Shown: positions 52,003 through 64,000 of the stretch, one piece after another
Layout: every line of letters begins with the position of its first letter
Numbering within the stretch: the stretch's first letter is position 1
From: the human T2T-CHM13v2.0 reference genome, Homo sapiens
DNA length: 64,000 bases
Reading direction: 5' to 3' (one strand)
Assembly (NCBI RefSeq): GCF_009914755.1
Contig: NC_060926.1
Program-made: the position numbers and the translations under genes
The notes under the pieces: model-generated
Database searches by the model: none
What the model was told of the DNA's origin: nothing
What the model saw: only the letters and a program-made list of their open reading frames with translations

Positions 52003-55000
52003 TTTTTTTTTTCAATTTTTTATTTTTATATTTCAATACGTTCTTGGGGGACCAGGTGGTGTTTGGTTACATTAATAAGTTTTTTAGTGGTGAATTCTGA
52101 GATTTTCGTGCACCCATCACCCAAGCAGTATACACTGTACCCAATGTGTAGTTCTTTATCCCTCGCCACCACTCACCCTTCCCCCGAAGTCCCCAAAGTC
52201 CAATGAATTATTCTTATGCTTTTGTGTCCTCATAGCTTAGCTCTCATATACAAATGAGAACATACACTGTTTGGTTTTCCATTCCTGAGTTACTTCACTT
52301 AAAATAATAGTCTCGAATTCCATTCGGGTTGCTGCAAATGCCATATATATATATAATATATATATATCATATATATTTATTATATATATATCGTATATAT
52401 CTCACAAATATATCATATATATATACATATCACATTTCCTTTATCCACTCATTGACTGGGCATCTGGGCTGGTTCCATATTTTTACAATTGTAAATTGTG
52501 GTGCTATAAACATATGTGTGCAAGTCTCTCTTTCATATAATGACTTTTTTCCTCTGGGTAGATACCTAGTAGTGGGATTGCTGGATCAAATGGTAGATCT
52601 ACTTTTAGTTCTTTCAGGAACCTCCACACTGTTTTCCATAGTGGTTGTACTAGTTTACATTCTCACCAATAGTGTAAAAGTGTTCCCTTTTCATCACATA
52701 CATGCCAACATCTATTTTTTTAAATTTTTTTATTATAGCCATTCTTGCAGAAGTGAGATGGTATTGCATTGTAGGTTTTGATTTGTATTTCCCTGATAAT
52801 TAGTGATGTTGAGCATTTTTCCATATGCTTGTGGCCATTTGTATATCTTCTTTTCGGAATTGTCTATTCATGTCCTTAGCCCACTTTTTGATGGGATTTT
52901 TTTTTTTTTCTTGCTGATTTGTTTGAGTTCTTTGTAGATTTTGGATATTAGTTCCTTCTCAGATGTATAGGTTGTGAAGATTTTCTCCCACTCTGTGGGT
53001 TGTCTTTTAACTCTGCTGATTATCTCTTTTGCTATGCAGAAGCTTTTTAGTGAAGTCCCATCTATTTGTCCTTCTTTTTGTTATATTTGCTTCTGGGTTC
53101 TTGGTCGTGAAGTCTTTGCCTAAGCCAATGTCTAGAAGGGATTTTCCAATGTTATCTTCTAGAATCTTTATGGTTTCAGGTCTTAGATTTAAGTCTTTGA
53201 TCCATCTTGAGTTTATTTTTGTAGAAAGTGAGAGACAAGGATCCAGTTCCATTCTTCTACATGTGGCTTGCCAACTATCCCAGCACTATTTTTTGAATAG
53301 GGTGTCCTTTCCCCACTTTATGTTTGTGTTTGCTTTGTGGAAGATCAGTTGGCTGTATTTGGCTTTATTTCTGGGTTCTTTATGCCATTCCCTTGGTCTA
53401 TGTGCCTATTTTTAGACCAGTACCATGCTGTTTTGGTGACATGGCCTTATAATATAGTTTGAAGGCAGGTAATATTGATGCCTCCAGATTTGTTCTTTTT
53501 GCCTAGTCTTGCTTTGGCTATGTGCGCATTTTTTGGTTCTATATGAATTTTAGGATTTTTTTTTTTAGTTCTGTGAAGAATGATGGTGCTATTTTGATGG
53601 GAGTTGCATTGAATTTATAGATTGCTTTTGGCAATATCATCATTTTCACAGTATTGATTCTACCCATCCATGAGCATGGATGTGTTTTTATTTGTGTCAT
53701 CTGTGATTCCTTTCAGCAATATTTTATAGTTTTCCTTATAGAGCTCTTTTACCTCCTTGGTTAGGTATACTCCTAAGTATTTTATTTTTTTGCAGCTATT
53801 GTGAAAGTGGCTGAGTTCTTGATTTGATTCTCAGCTTGGTCATTGTTGTTGCATAGCAGAGCTATTGATTTGTGTACATTAATTTTGTATCCCGAAACTT
53901 TGCTGAATTCATTTACCAGTTCTAGGAGCTTTTTGGATGAGTCTTTAGGGTTTTCTAGGTAAACAATTATATCATCAGCAAACAGTGACAGTTTAATTTC
54001 CTCTTTCTCGATTTAGATGCCCTTTATTTCTTTCTCTTGTCTCATTGCTCTGGCTAGAACTTTCAGTACTATGTTGAATAGAAATGGTGAAAGTGGGTAT
54101 CCTTGTCTTGTTCCAGTTCTCAGAGAGAATGCTTTCAACTTTTGCCCGTTCAGTACAATATTTACTGTGGGTTTGTGGTAGATGGCTTTTATTACCTTAA
54201 GGCATGTCCCCTCTATGCTAATTTTGCTGAGGGTTTTAATCATAAAGGAATGCTAGATTTGTCAAATGCTTTTTCTGTGTCTACTGAGATGATCATGTGA
54301 TTTTTGTTTTTAATTCTGTTTATGTGCTGTATCACATTTATTGACTTACACATGTTAAACCATCCCTGCAGCCATGGTATGAAACACATTTGATCACGGC
54401 GGATTAACTTTTTGATATGCTGTTGGATTTGGTTAGCTAGTATTTTGTTGAGGATTTTTGCATCAATTTTAATCAGGGATACTGGTCTGTAGTTTTCTTT
54501 TTTTGTTATGTCCTTCCCTGGTTTTGGTATTAGGGTGATACTGGCTTCAGAGAATGATTTAGGGAGGATTCCCTCTTTCTCTATATTTTGGAACAGCTCA
54601 ATAGGATTGGTAACAATTCTTCTTTGAATGTCTGATAGAATTCAGCTGTGGATCCATCTAATGCTGAACTTTTTTTGTTGGTAATTTTTTTTATTACCAT
54701 TTTAATCTCACTGCATGTTATTGGCCTGTTCAGAGATTTTATATCTTCCTGGTTTAATCTAGGAAGGGTGTATATTTTCAGGAATTTATCTATCTTCTCT
54801 AAGTTTTCTAGTTTATGCACCTAATGGTGTTCATAGTAGCCTTGAATAATCTTTTCTATTTCTGTGTTACCAGTAGCAATATCTACCGTTTTGTTTCTAA
54901 TTGAGCTTATTTGAATCTTCTCTCTTCTTTTCTTGGTTAATCTCACTAACGGCCTATCAATTTTGTTTGTCTTTTCAAAGAACCAGCATTTCATTTCATT

Positions 55001-55475
55001 TATCTTTTCTATTTTTTGATTGTTTGTTTTATTCAATTTCATTTAGTCCTGATCTGATCTTCCTTACTTCTTTTCTTCTTTTGGGTCTAGGTTTGGATTG
55101 TTCTTGTTCTCCAGTTCTGTGAGGTGTGACCTCAGATTGTTTATTTGTACTCTTTCAGACTTTTTGATGTAGGCATTTAATGTTACAAACTTTTCTCTTA
55201 GCACCGATTTTGCTATATTCCAGAGGTTTTGATAGGTTGTATCACTATTATAGTCAAGTACAAAGAATTTTTAAATTTCCATCTTGATTTCATTGTTTAC
55301 TCAGTGATCATTCAAGAGGAGGTTAATTTCCATGTATGTGCATAGTTTTGAGGGTTACTTTTGGAGTTGATTTCCAATTTTATTCCACCATGGTCTAAGA
55401 GAGTACTTGATATAATTTGTATTTTCTTAAATTTACTGATACTTGTTTTTTTTCCTATCATATGATCTATCTTAA
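52003..55475 (-). mobile_element. L1PB1-like LINE-1, 5'-truncated (about 3.5 kb)
   Basis: 3'UTR caggtggtgtttggttacat...gtgcacccatcacccaagcagtatacactgtacccaat; ORF2 remnants [39 protein letters not shown]. Confidence 0.93.
52343..52430. repeat. (TA)-rich expansion within L1PB1
   Basis: Read directly. Confidence 0.85.
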
Positions 55476-55964
55476 AGTTGAAACCATTCCCTTGTCTGCA
55501 TTATAGTGGCCAGAGCAAGATTTCCTAGGCAGCGGAGGGACATAAAATCTTTATTAGTGACAACAGCAGTGGAGTATGGAGAGAAGAAGGACATGTTTGA
55601 AGTCAAAGGAATCTGTTACAATGGAAAAACTATCTGTAAAAGAGATAGGGAAGAATTATACCAGAAATAGTTGTATGAAGAAAGAAAATGTTCTTTCTCC
55701 AGCAATACCAGTTGAAAGGGAAATCATAAGTTAGCATGGCAGTTTGTAAATGACTTTATTTTATGAAAAACTACTATGAGTTTGAAACATTCTACGTACA
55801 TATGTGGATGGGAGAGATTATCCCTCTGATTATTATTTAGAAAAAGCATACACTCCTAGAAATATCTTAATTATAAGGTGATCACTCTTAAAATGAAAGT
55901 ATAGTGTGATATTTAAATAGCAGATACTACTTGGGGTCATGTATATCAATCAATCATAAACTCA

Positions 55965-56336
<372 letters not shown>

Positions 56337-56734
56337 TTATAGCCATAATGGCACTACCATTGAAGATGCACACCTTTACCAATGGTATTGACAAGACAGC
56401 ATATCCATGGTTTCATTCGATTTTTATCTGGTTATTAACACAGTTTTTTATTTACATTTCAGTGTGTTTTGTATGTGTGTTTTCCATTTTCCCTTTATGC
56501 CATTTGAGCATATTTTATATTCAGGTAATAGATATGAGAACTTAAAAGTAAAAAATAGCTTCATTTTCAGAGCACCATAAATAAAATTGCTACATATGTG
56601 ACAAACTGGACAGGATTTACTATAAACAGGGCAGTCAGGGAAGTCTTACAAATAATTTGCCTTTCTGTTAGGAAGACTTCAGCACTCTAAGATCCCATAA
56701 ACATTCTCTTACATTTTCTTCCACTACCTTAAGC

Positions 56735-57250
56735 TATTTATTTATTTATTTATTTATTTATTTTTGGTCTTGTTTATTCAATTGTTTTTATCCAAACAAA
56801 ACATGTACATGAATTTAAAAAGTCAATATCACAAGGTTTATTAAAACAGCAGATCCATGCCCTGTGTTTCCCAACTCATAGCTGTACTGCTCAACTAACT
56901 GTTTTGCTAGATAATATTTCTTTTATTTTTGTATTGTTCACATTTAGGTGTTATCTATTGTCTTTCTGTCCTGAGGGATGAAGAATAACCTCTTGCTCCA
57001 AAATCTTCCCTCCTCAACAACCTCACATATGTACTCTACTGCCTCTCTCACCTTTTGAAAACTGTTAAAAGATAATTTTTTGTTAAAACAATATTTATTG
57101 CATATATCACTAGGATCATATTAACAGGATTTGCAGCTGATTGATTCTCATATTCTCTAAGAGTCCTCCCACTCTGTGCCACTTTTGATGTTCTCACCAC
57201 ATTTTTTTGTTATTATTCTTATTTGCTTAAGTTTCTGTGGACTTGTCTAC
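56735..57250 (-). mobile_element. (TATT)n followed by L1ME-like 3' remnant
   Basis: TATT run at about 56735-56765, then T-rich sequence resembling an old L1 3'UTR. Confidence 0.45.
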
Positions 57251-59226
57251 AAAAAGAAAGGTGTTCTGAAGATACTGTGGCCAACAGGGAACACATGTGC
57301 CTTCCATGCTATTACTGTTAAGATTGATTTGGAGATGTTTTGTGTGCTTCAAAGGTTGACAATTTACCCAAATGATCTTTGCTCTACATATTCTCCCAGT
57401 TCACCCTAGTTTGGTTTCTAGGCCCATGGGATAAGCCAAAGGATTATTCTAGAACCCAAAAGAATGATAAATGAAAATTCTTTACCTCTGTTATTTTTGA
57501 CAGAATTTCTCCAGAAACACCAAGAGTCAAAAATTATAATATGAACTTCATCCAGTTGTAATTTCAATTTTCCTTGGTTAGTGGAATTTCAGCTGATCTA
57601 AAATATTTATTTTCTAATGTTTAACATGATGAGCATTTGCCACCTTGTAATAAAAATCAAGGCATGAAAAATAAAATAAAAATGCTATAATTTCTATTTT
57701 TTCTCATCCAGAACTAAGTTCCTAAAGTGGAATAGTTGCATTAAAAATGTACCAAACCATTTTTATGGAGAGAAACAAAAAGGCAAACTGGCAGAAACTG
57801 CTGGCACCCTCCCTCAAAACTCAATTCTGGAAATAAGACCAGAAGGATACGGTTACTGATTGTCACAGACCCAGTCTCAAAAAACAAACTGAAAAACTGT
57901 GACAAAATCTTTTCAGAGGCAGAGATGATTGGGAGAGATCTTGGGTTGTGTTGTTTCTCCCTCTCTCACATTGCCCTGGGGGGGAGCAAATTCTGCCTTG
58001 CTGTTGTCATGGCATAGGAATGTACCTGAGCCAGGAAAAGCAGGAGAGCTGAAGCTGCCAGTTGGCTGAGGTAGGGATATAACAGCTATGCTAAAGGTGG
58101 GCAGCTAGCCCCAACTCATTACTTGCTCCCACCTCTTCTCACCCCACCTTAACTGCCTCCGTAGGAGAGAAGAGATTAGGGCAGAGGTACTGAGAGATTC
58201 CCTAGGGAAAAGGGCAGAGAACAATTGAGCCCTGATAGCAACACCAGAGGGTCTCCACCCTGAGGCATGCTCCCCACCCTTTGAATCTCCTTGAACACAA
58301 GCAAGGGTCTATTGTCTTAACTCTTCCTCCAGTTAGCTATTAGTAGACATGATATCTGATAGCAGCAAGGAAATGAAAAATGGAATATTTAAGGTATATG
58401 AGAATGCCAAACAGAATAAAAGAAATGATGGCACAATCGCTACCAGAGGAAAGCAGTACTAATGAAATAAAAAGATGATAAGAATTGAAAGTAAACACAA
58501 TAAAATAGTTTTGGCATAATAAACAAGGACACTGAAAACATGAAAAAGAAACCAATGTATTTTGTAGAAGAACCACTTGGATATTTGGGGTATGAAAATA
58601 TAATTGCTGAAATTAAAATGTCAGTGGGTAAAAGAAATAACAAAACAGAAACTGCTGATCAAAATAGTTTCCCAGAAGGCATAAAGAAGGGATAAAAAAG
58701 ATCAAGAAGAAAACATAAGAGAAGATAAGTGACATAGATGATCTAAGTAGTTGATATTTATAATAAATGCACCAGAAAATAATCTGAAAAGATTAAAGAA
58801 GCTTGTTGAGTTTTAAACATGGTAAGTAACAGTGAAAAAATTAACTAGGTATTTATTCTAAAATTTCAGGTAACCAAAAAGAGAGGTTTTCCAAAAGAAA
58901 AAAGTGAATCCTCTCCAAAAAAATAAGAATCATCAGATTTCTCAATAGTGAAGCAGAAGGAAAAAGACAATAAAGCAATATTTTCAAAAAAAAATGACCC
59001 TGAAATTACAAATCCAAGTAAGTCAGTATTTAAATCTAAGGGCTAAATAAGAATAATTTTAGTCATCTAAGGTTTTTAGAATGTTTACCACACATAGGAT
59101 CTCTTTGAAGAAACTCTTGGAGAAAATTACTTCAACAAGAATAGGAATTAGTCCAGGAGAAAACAAGAAGATAAGGAAGAAAAGGTGAACAACTTTTATG
59201 AAGATTACTATTAATATTGTCTAAAC

Positions 59227-59430
59227 CAGGAGGGTTGACAAACTTTTTCTGTAAAGGACCAAGTAAGAAATAATCTATAACTTATGGTTTGTATGGTCAA
59301 TCTAAACTATGCAAATCCACCATTGTAGCATGAAAGCAGTCTTAGACTAAAGTAAATGAATGAGAATGAGCATGCTGTCCATCAATAAACTTGATTTACA
59401 AAAACAGGTGATGAACTAGAAATCCCAGTA
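59227..59430 (+). mobile_element. MER58A hAT MITE
   Basis: gggttgacaaactttttctgtaaaggacca...cattgtagcatgaaagcag...caataaacttgatttacaaaaacaggtg. Confidence 0.88.
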
Positions 59431-59499
59431 TGCTATGTTATGAATATCGAACAACTAAATCTAAAGTAAACAACTGCCTAATCCAAAATCATGAAGATT

Positions 59500-59742
59500 G
59501 ACTCCTATGTTTTTTTTCATTTAAAACTATAAAAACCATTTTTATAGTTTTAGCTCTTGTATTTATGGCTAAGGTCTATTTTGAATTAATTTTTGTATTT
59601 ATGGCTAAGGTCTATTTTGAATTAATGTTTGTACATGATGTGGGATATTCATCCAACTTCATTATTTTACAGGTAAATATCCAGTTGTTTTAGCACCCTT
59701 TGCTGAAAAGACTATTCCTCCCTCATTGAGTTGTCTTGGCAC
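59500..59742 (-). mobile_element. L1M ORF2 fragment with 36-bp tandem duplication
   Basis: tatccagttgttttagcaccctttgctgaaaagactatt; duplication at 59557-59628. Confidence 0.8.
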
Positions 59743-60699
59743 GTAGACAAAAGAAAATTTAAGGCACAAAATTCTTATGTGGTTTTAAAATGAAGGAAAG
59801 CATCTCATTCTGATAAAAAGAAAAGAAAAAGAGATCATGAAGCTATAGTAATCAGAAATATACATGAACCTAATACACTAGCCTCAAAATACAGAACAAG
59901 ACAATTTATAAAAATATGGAGAGAGAATAAAAAATTGTAGTTGGATATTTTAATGCAACCCTATCAAGATCTGATATATCAACAAGACTTTAAAAAAGCA
60001 AAAAAGGGATTTTTACAGTGAAATACAATTTATCTAAGAGTTAACTTTAGAAATGCTACAGTCAACACAAGCAGAATGCACATCATTTTGGAGAATATCA
60101 TGAACATTTCAAAACAAATCAGCTATTGGCCCACAAAAAAATTATAATCAATAATAAGTAATACAGAATAGTAACAGAAATCAATAATAAAACAGTTGGC
60201 TTTCACTAATCATAAACAGATGACTTTCAAATCCCTTGTTTCTATAAGCCACTAACTACAAAACTCCTAGATTAAAGCAGAAACTATAAAGAAAATTATT
60301 AAGTGCTAAAAGGTAAATCACAATGACAAAATAATATGCAAAAATTTCTGGGATGTAGCTAAACCAGACTGTAGGGGGAAATTTACAACTGTAAACATAT
60401 TTATTTATCAGAAATTAGGAGATAAATGGAAACAAATGTATTAAGTACCTAAATTCAAAATTTAGACAAAGAGCAACAGAGTAAATCCAAATAAACAAAT
60501 TAATAAGATAGCAAAGAAAAGGAGAAAAAAAATAAACAAACCACAATAAATAGCAATGGACATGATTAATCAAACCTAAAGCTACACCTTTGAAAATAAT
60601 AATCAAACAAGCCTCACCCAAAAGAGAACTAAGAAAATTAAGTAAAAACTCTAAAGGAGATTACAGATGAGTCTTTTATAAATTATGAATGAAGAGTAT

Positions 60700-60910
60700 A
60701 GTGAGCTATTCTGGAGTTTCTTGGGTTCATAATCTGGTTATACTATTTACAGTTTCCTCATCTATAAAATAGAAATAACAGTCTCTATTTCTAACACTAG
60801 TTTCTTTACAGAGTTGTCATGAGTATTAAATAAATGTATCCATTCAAAGAGCTTAGAACAGTGTGAGGTACATAATAAGTAAGTGCTTTATATAAGTGCT
60901 AGATGTTATC
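60700..60910 (+). mobile_element. MIR SINE
   Basis: cagtttcctcatctataaaatag core; aaagagcttagaacagtg...taagtgct tail. Confidence 0.85.
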
Positions 60911-61109
60911 ATAGCAAAAGAATCTTCAGTGGTGAAAGAAAAATAAAATGAGATTTAGAGCCCAATACCATTTCATAATTAATTGTATTCTCCATACCTT
61001 CAGAAAAATATGTGTACCCTCTAACCACCATCAAAGCAAAAACATATTCTACTTTTCTGGTTGTACCCGTATTGTGAAAATTAAAGAGATGATGTTTTGA
61101 AAGAATTCT

Positions 61110-61538
61110 AAGCTGAGACTGACTTCCTGTTCATCAAACCCATTTCCCAGACTGCCTTGCAGTTAGCTGTGGCCATGGACCAGAGTTTTGGCTGGTGATA
61201 CAGGAAGGAATGATGTAACCTGTTCTAAGCCTGGCTCCTAAAAATCTACACAAGTCTCCACTTTCTCTGTTCTTTCTGGGTAACCTTGGAAAGCATGCAT
61301 TGATGCAGATCTCCCTTGGTCTAAGTTCCTGGATGACTGTGTGAAACAGCCCCTCCCCAGTGCTTCAAAATGCATATGTATGTATTTGCATATGCATGTA
61401 TGCACACACACAAACACACACACATGCACGCATATACACACTGAACTTTAAATGAACAAAAAATAAATTTCAGCTTTGTTAGCCACCAAGGTTTCAGGTT
61501 TATTTGAAACAATAGATAGCAGTTCCCTAACTAGTACA
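61110..61538 (+). mobile_element. MLT1 (H/I-like) MaLR LTR
   Basis: catttcccagactgccttgcagttagctgtggccatg...ggatgactgtgtgaaacagc...aataaa...ctaactagtaca. Confidence 0.8.
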
Positions 61539-61759
61539 GTTATTCTAGATAAGAAAGTTGACAGAGAGGTTAATGTACTTGGAAACTTGGAAATGAAAGG
61601 GTGGTGGGTGAAGAAGAAAACAGAAGATATAGTAAACTAAGAGGGGGCCATGGATGGACTTATAATAAGTGGGCAACCCATTTTTGCAAACTTGAGATTC
61701 AAATATAGTTTAAATAGTTAACCAACGATTGGGAAATCACAGTCTGTTAGTCAATCATT

Positions 61760-61895
61760 TCATCTGTATGTTATTTCAAAAAGTATTTGCTAATTGCCTG
61801 TAAGTTGTTAGGGCATGGGATAGGTACCAGGGATATATCGAGAATTAGGAGGTGGTTTCTTACCTCAGGGTGTTTATGGATTGTTGGGAGAAAGG
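61760..61895 (-). mobile_element. L2 3' end
   Basis: ttcaaaaagtatttgctaattgcctgtaagttgttagggcatgggataggtaccaggga. Confidence 0.65.
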
Positions 61896-62359
61896 TGGGT
61901 TTCTTTATCATTCTGTCATCAAAGATAGCTGCTTTCTACCTAGACTTTCTGGGAACAAGGAAGGATTAAATGAGGAATTTTAATAATTTCACATTTTATT
62001 AAGCCTATTTTCTTTTTGTTTGTTTTGTTTTGTCTTTACCTGATAAACTACTAAGATTTAAAATGAATTGGCCTACATTTTTGCCAATTTTTTACCTCTA
62101 ACTTCCCAAAAAATTCTAAGATCAGTAAAATTGATTAAAGTTATTAAACAAGTAGGGAGGAAAAGACACATTTAAGAGCCTGGATAAAACAGTGATGGGA
62201 AAATCCACACACGATTGACTTACTTAACTGTATTTAATTAGGAAAAATCTCTAGAATTTAGAGGAAACTGGAATTTTCATCTGAGAAGCTCCAGGTTGTT
62301 TACAGTTCAACTTGCCTCAGTTTGCCTCACTGAGCCACTGAGCCACTGAGCCATGCTGG

Positions 62360-62367
62360 TATAAAAG
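62360..62367 (+). promoter_or_regulatory. Consensus TATA box candidate
   Basis: TATAAAAG flanked by G/C in unique sequence; motif only. Confidence 0.3.
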
Positions 62368-63429
62368 GAGCGAAGGCAAAGAAAAACAAGGACCTCACCT
62401 AAGGGAGAGATGGGACAGAAGATCCAGCCACCTGCCTGAGCAAGAGGAGCTGTTTGCTGTGGGACTCTGAGCAAAGAGTAGTGACTTACCAATGACCTTT
62501 CCTCTTCACGCTTCCTGGGACTGTCTCCCCTTTTCCATACTGTGGAACTGTCCCTTCCACATAAATCCAAACATGGATCACCATTTTTGCGCCTCCAAAA
62601 TGGGCCAGAAGACACATCCCTGACCACATCATAACCCAGAAAGCCAGATGCTGATGACACACTTCGCAGCCGAGATCTCATTGCCTTGGTATCTGGGACC
62701 ACAACTAAGTACTTTCCAACTGTATTGTTACCTCATTATTATTCAAATTTCATCTGTATTGGCACGTTAATTAAGTAAAGATTTGGAAAAGAATTGTGCA
62801 TATGCTTCAAATCTAGAAAAAGTTTTGATGGCTGTATTCTCAATGGAAAAGTGATGTTTTAGAAAGAGGGATGACATTTTATAACATTAGATGGCATTTT
62901 CCTGGGGACAGGGGAACAGGAACATATGAATCCTGCCTTAATCTCACAGCTTTTTCCTGTAATGTCCCCATAAAAACAAGGGACCACAGCAAATGAGAAA
63001 TTAAAGTCCGCTTCATTATTAGCCTGGCTAATGCCAAATAAACAAATGCAGAACTTTCTGGTAATTTGCCTAGGACACATGGCATACTCTCAGATCACAG
63101 TCCAGACCACCAAACTCTAAATTAAATATCTTATCTTAGAATCTTAGCATCCTTGGGCTGCTCACATGGAACAGGAGACAGAAGTAATAAATAAGGAAAG
63201 TATTGCATGGAAAAAGAAATAAAATTAACCTGGAGAAATTTCAGAGACAGGGTCTTTTATTAAAACAAGACAACAAACAAATGAAATGTACTCTACCATA
63301 AAAAACAGCTCTTCTATAAAAAGTTATCTGTCATCAGGCAGACAGATCTTCTGAACCTAATGTCTAAGTGATAGATAGAGAGGGAGTGTGTGTTCCAGCA
63401 TAAAACCCTGAGTACAAGAAGAAAAGAAG

Positions 63430-63600
63430 AGATGGCTAAACTAAGGCCCTGTCACCAATCTAGCCATAAGATTAAAGGAGAAAGTAAATTTTAGCCTATG
63501 ATGAACTTCCCACTAGTGAATATGGACCACCCCAGCAGCAGAGAATCCAACATAGTTTAGTACCTCAGTTTCTTAGGAAAAAGTGAAGAACAGGGCAAGA
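63430..63600 (+). mobile_element. MIR fragments
   Basis: ctgtcaccaatctagcc; tacctcagtttcttaggaaaaagtga. Confidence 0.4.
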
Positions 63601-64000
63601 GGGTGAAGAAACTGTTTCCCCAACCCCGTACAACTCAAAGATTGGTTAAAAGAGAAAGAAAGGCTTTTATTTATTTTGAGGTTGTTGTTTTATTGTCGTC
63701 ATTAATACTAGAGTTGTGAGTCCCTTGCACCTTGGAGGGGAATTTATACGGGAACTCCTGCAACCATCACAATTACATCTTTTTTTAGAGTAAGATATTG
63801 CAAGAAGCCCACAGGTCCCAGCCCATACATTGAATGGTTCAAGTTAAAAAAATAATAATAATACTAACCCTTGTTAACCTTTGCCTAGCAATCCTGACCC
63901 TCCCAGGGTGTGAGAATCCAAGCAAGAATCACAGTGACAGCTATGCAGGTATCAAAAAGGAGCCTCAGAAAGATTAATTTGACCAAGATCTCTGTATTAG

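Larger units (their letters stand above)
57740..60700 (+). mobile_element. Ancient L1 (L1M/L1ME): 5' region, ORF1 and ORF2 N-terminal remnants, interrupted by MER58 and an inverted L1 piece
   Basis: A-rich ORF1-like tgaaaatataattgctgaaattaaaa; endonuclease gttggatattttaatgcaaccctatca (VGxFNxxLS); ctgggatgtagctaaa...agggggaaattta (WDxAK...RGKF). Left boundary uncertain. Confidence 0.75.

Overview
Mammalian non-coding DNA of catarrhine primate origin (AluY, AluSc/Sp/Sq, L1PA and L1PB are present), probably human or ape intronic or intergenic sequence. I found no convincing protein-coding exon, RNA gene or CpG island. The longer ORFs in the track are L1 remnants, Alu/L1 read-throughs or probable chance ORFs. 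Dominant features: a full-length but inactivated L1PA7/8 (13.3-19.7 kb, minus), a 5'-truncated L1PB1 (52.0-55.5 kb, minus), an ancient L1 5'/ORF1/ORF2 remnant (57.7-60.7 kb, plus), eight Alu-family elements, several MaLR/ERVL solo LTRs, hAT and mariner MITEs, and many MIR/L2 fragments. The most interesting signals are structural: (i) an AluSp and the full-length L1 occupy the same endonuclease target site, which is present three times; (ii) an MLT2 LTR, itself nested in an MLT1, contains about 0.8 kb of apparently captured older genomic DNA with a perfect 42-bp duplication at the junction; (iii) a similar composite interruption of an MLT1K-like LTR; (iv) an MLT1 > MADE1 > AluY triple nest. There are also a few motif-level regulatory candidates at 8.9, 27.8, 45.6, 47.8 and 62.3 kb. 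I did not find evidence for a new biological system. Repeat subfamily calls come from remembered consensus sequences, not a database run, and boundaries of ancient repeats are approximate.
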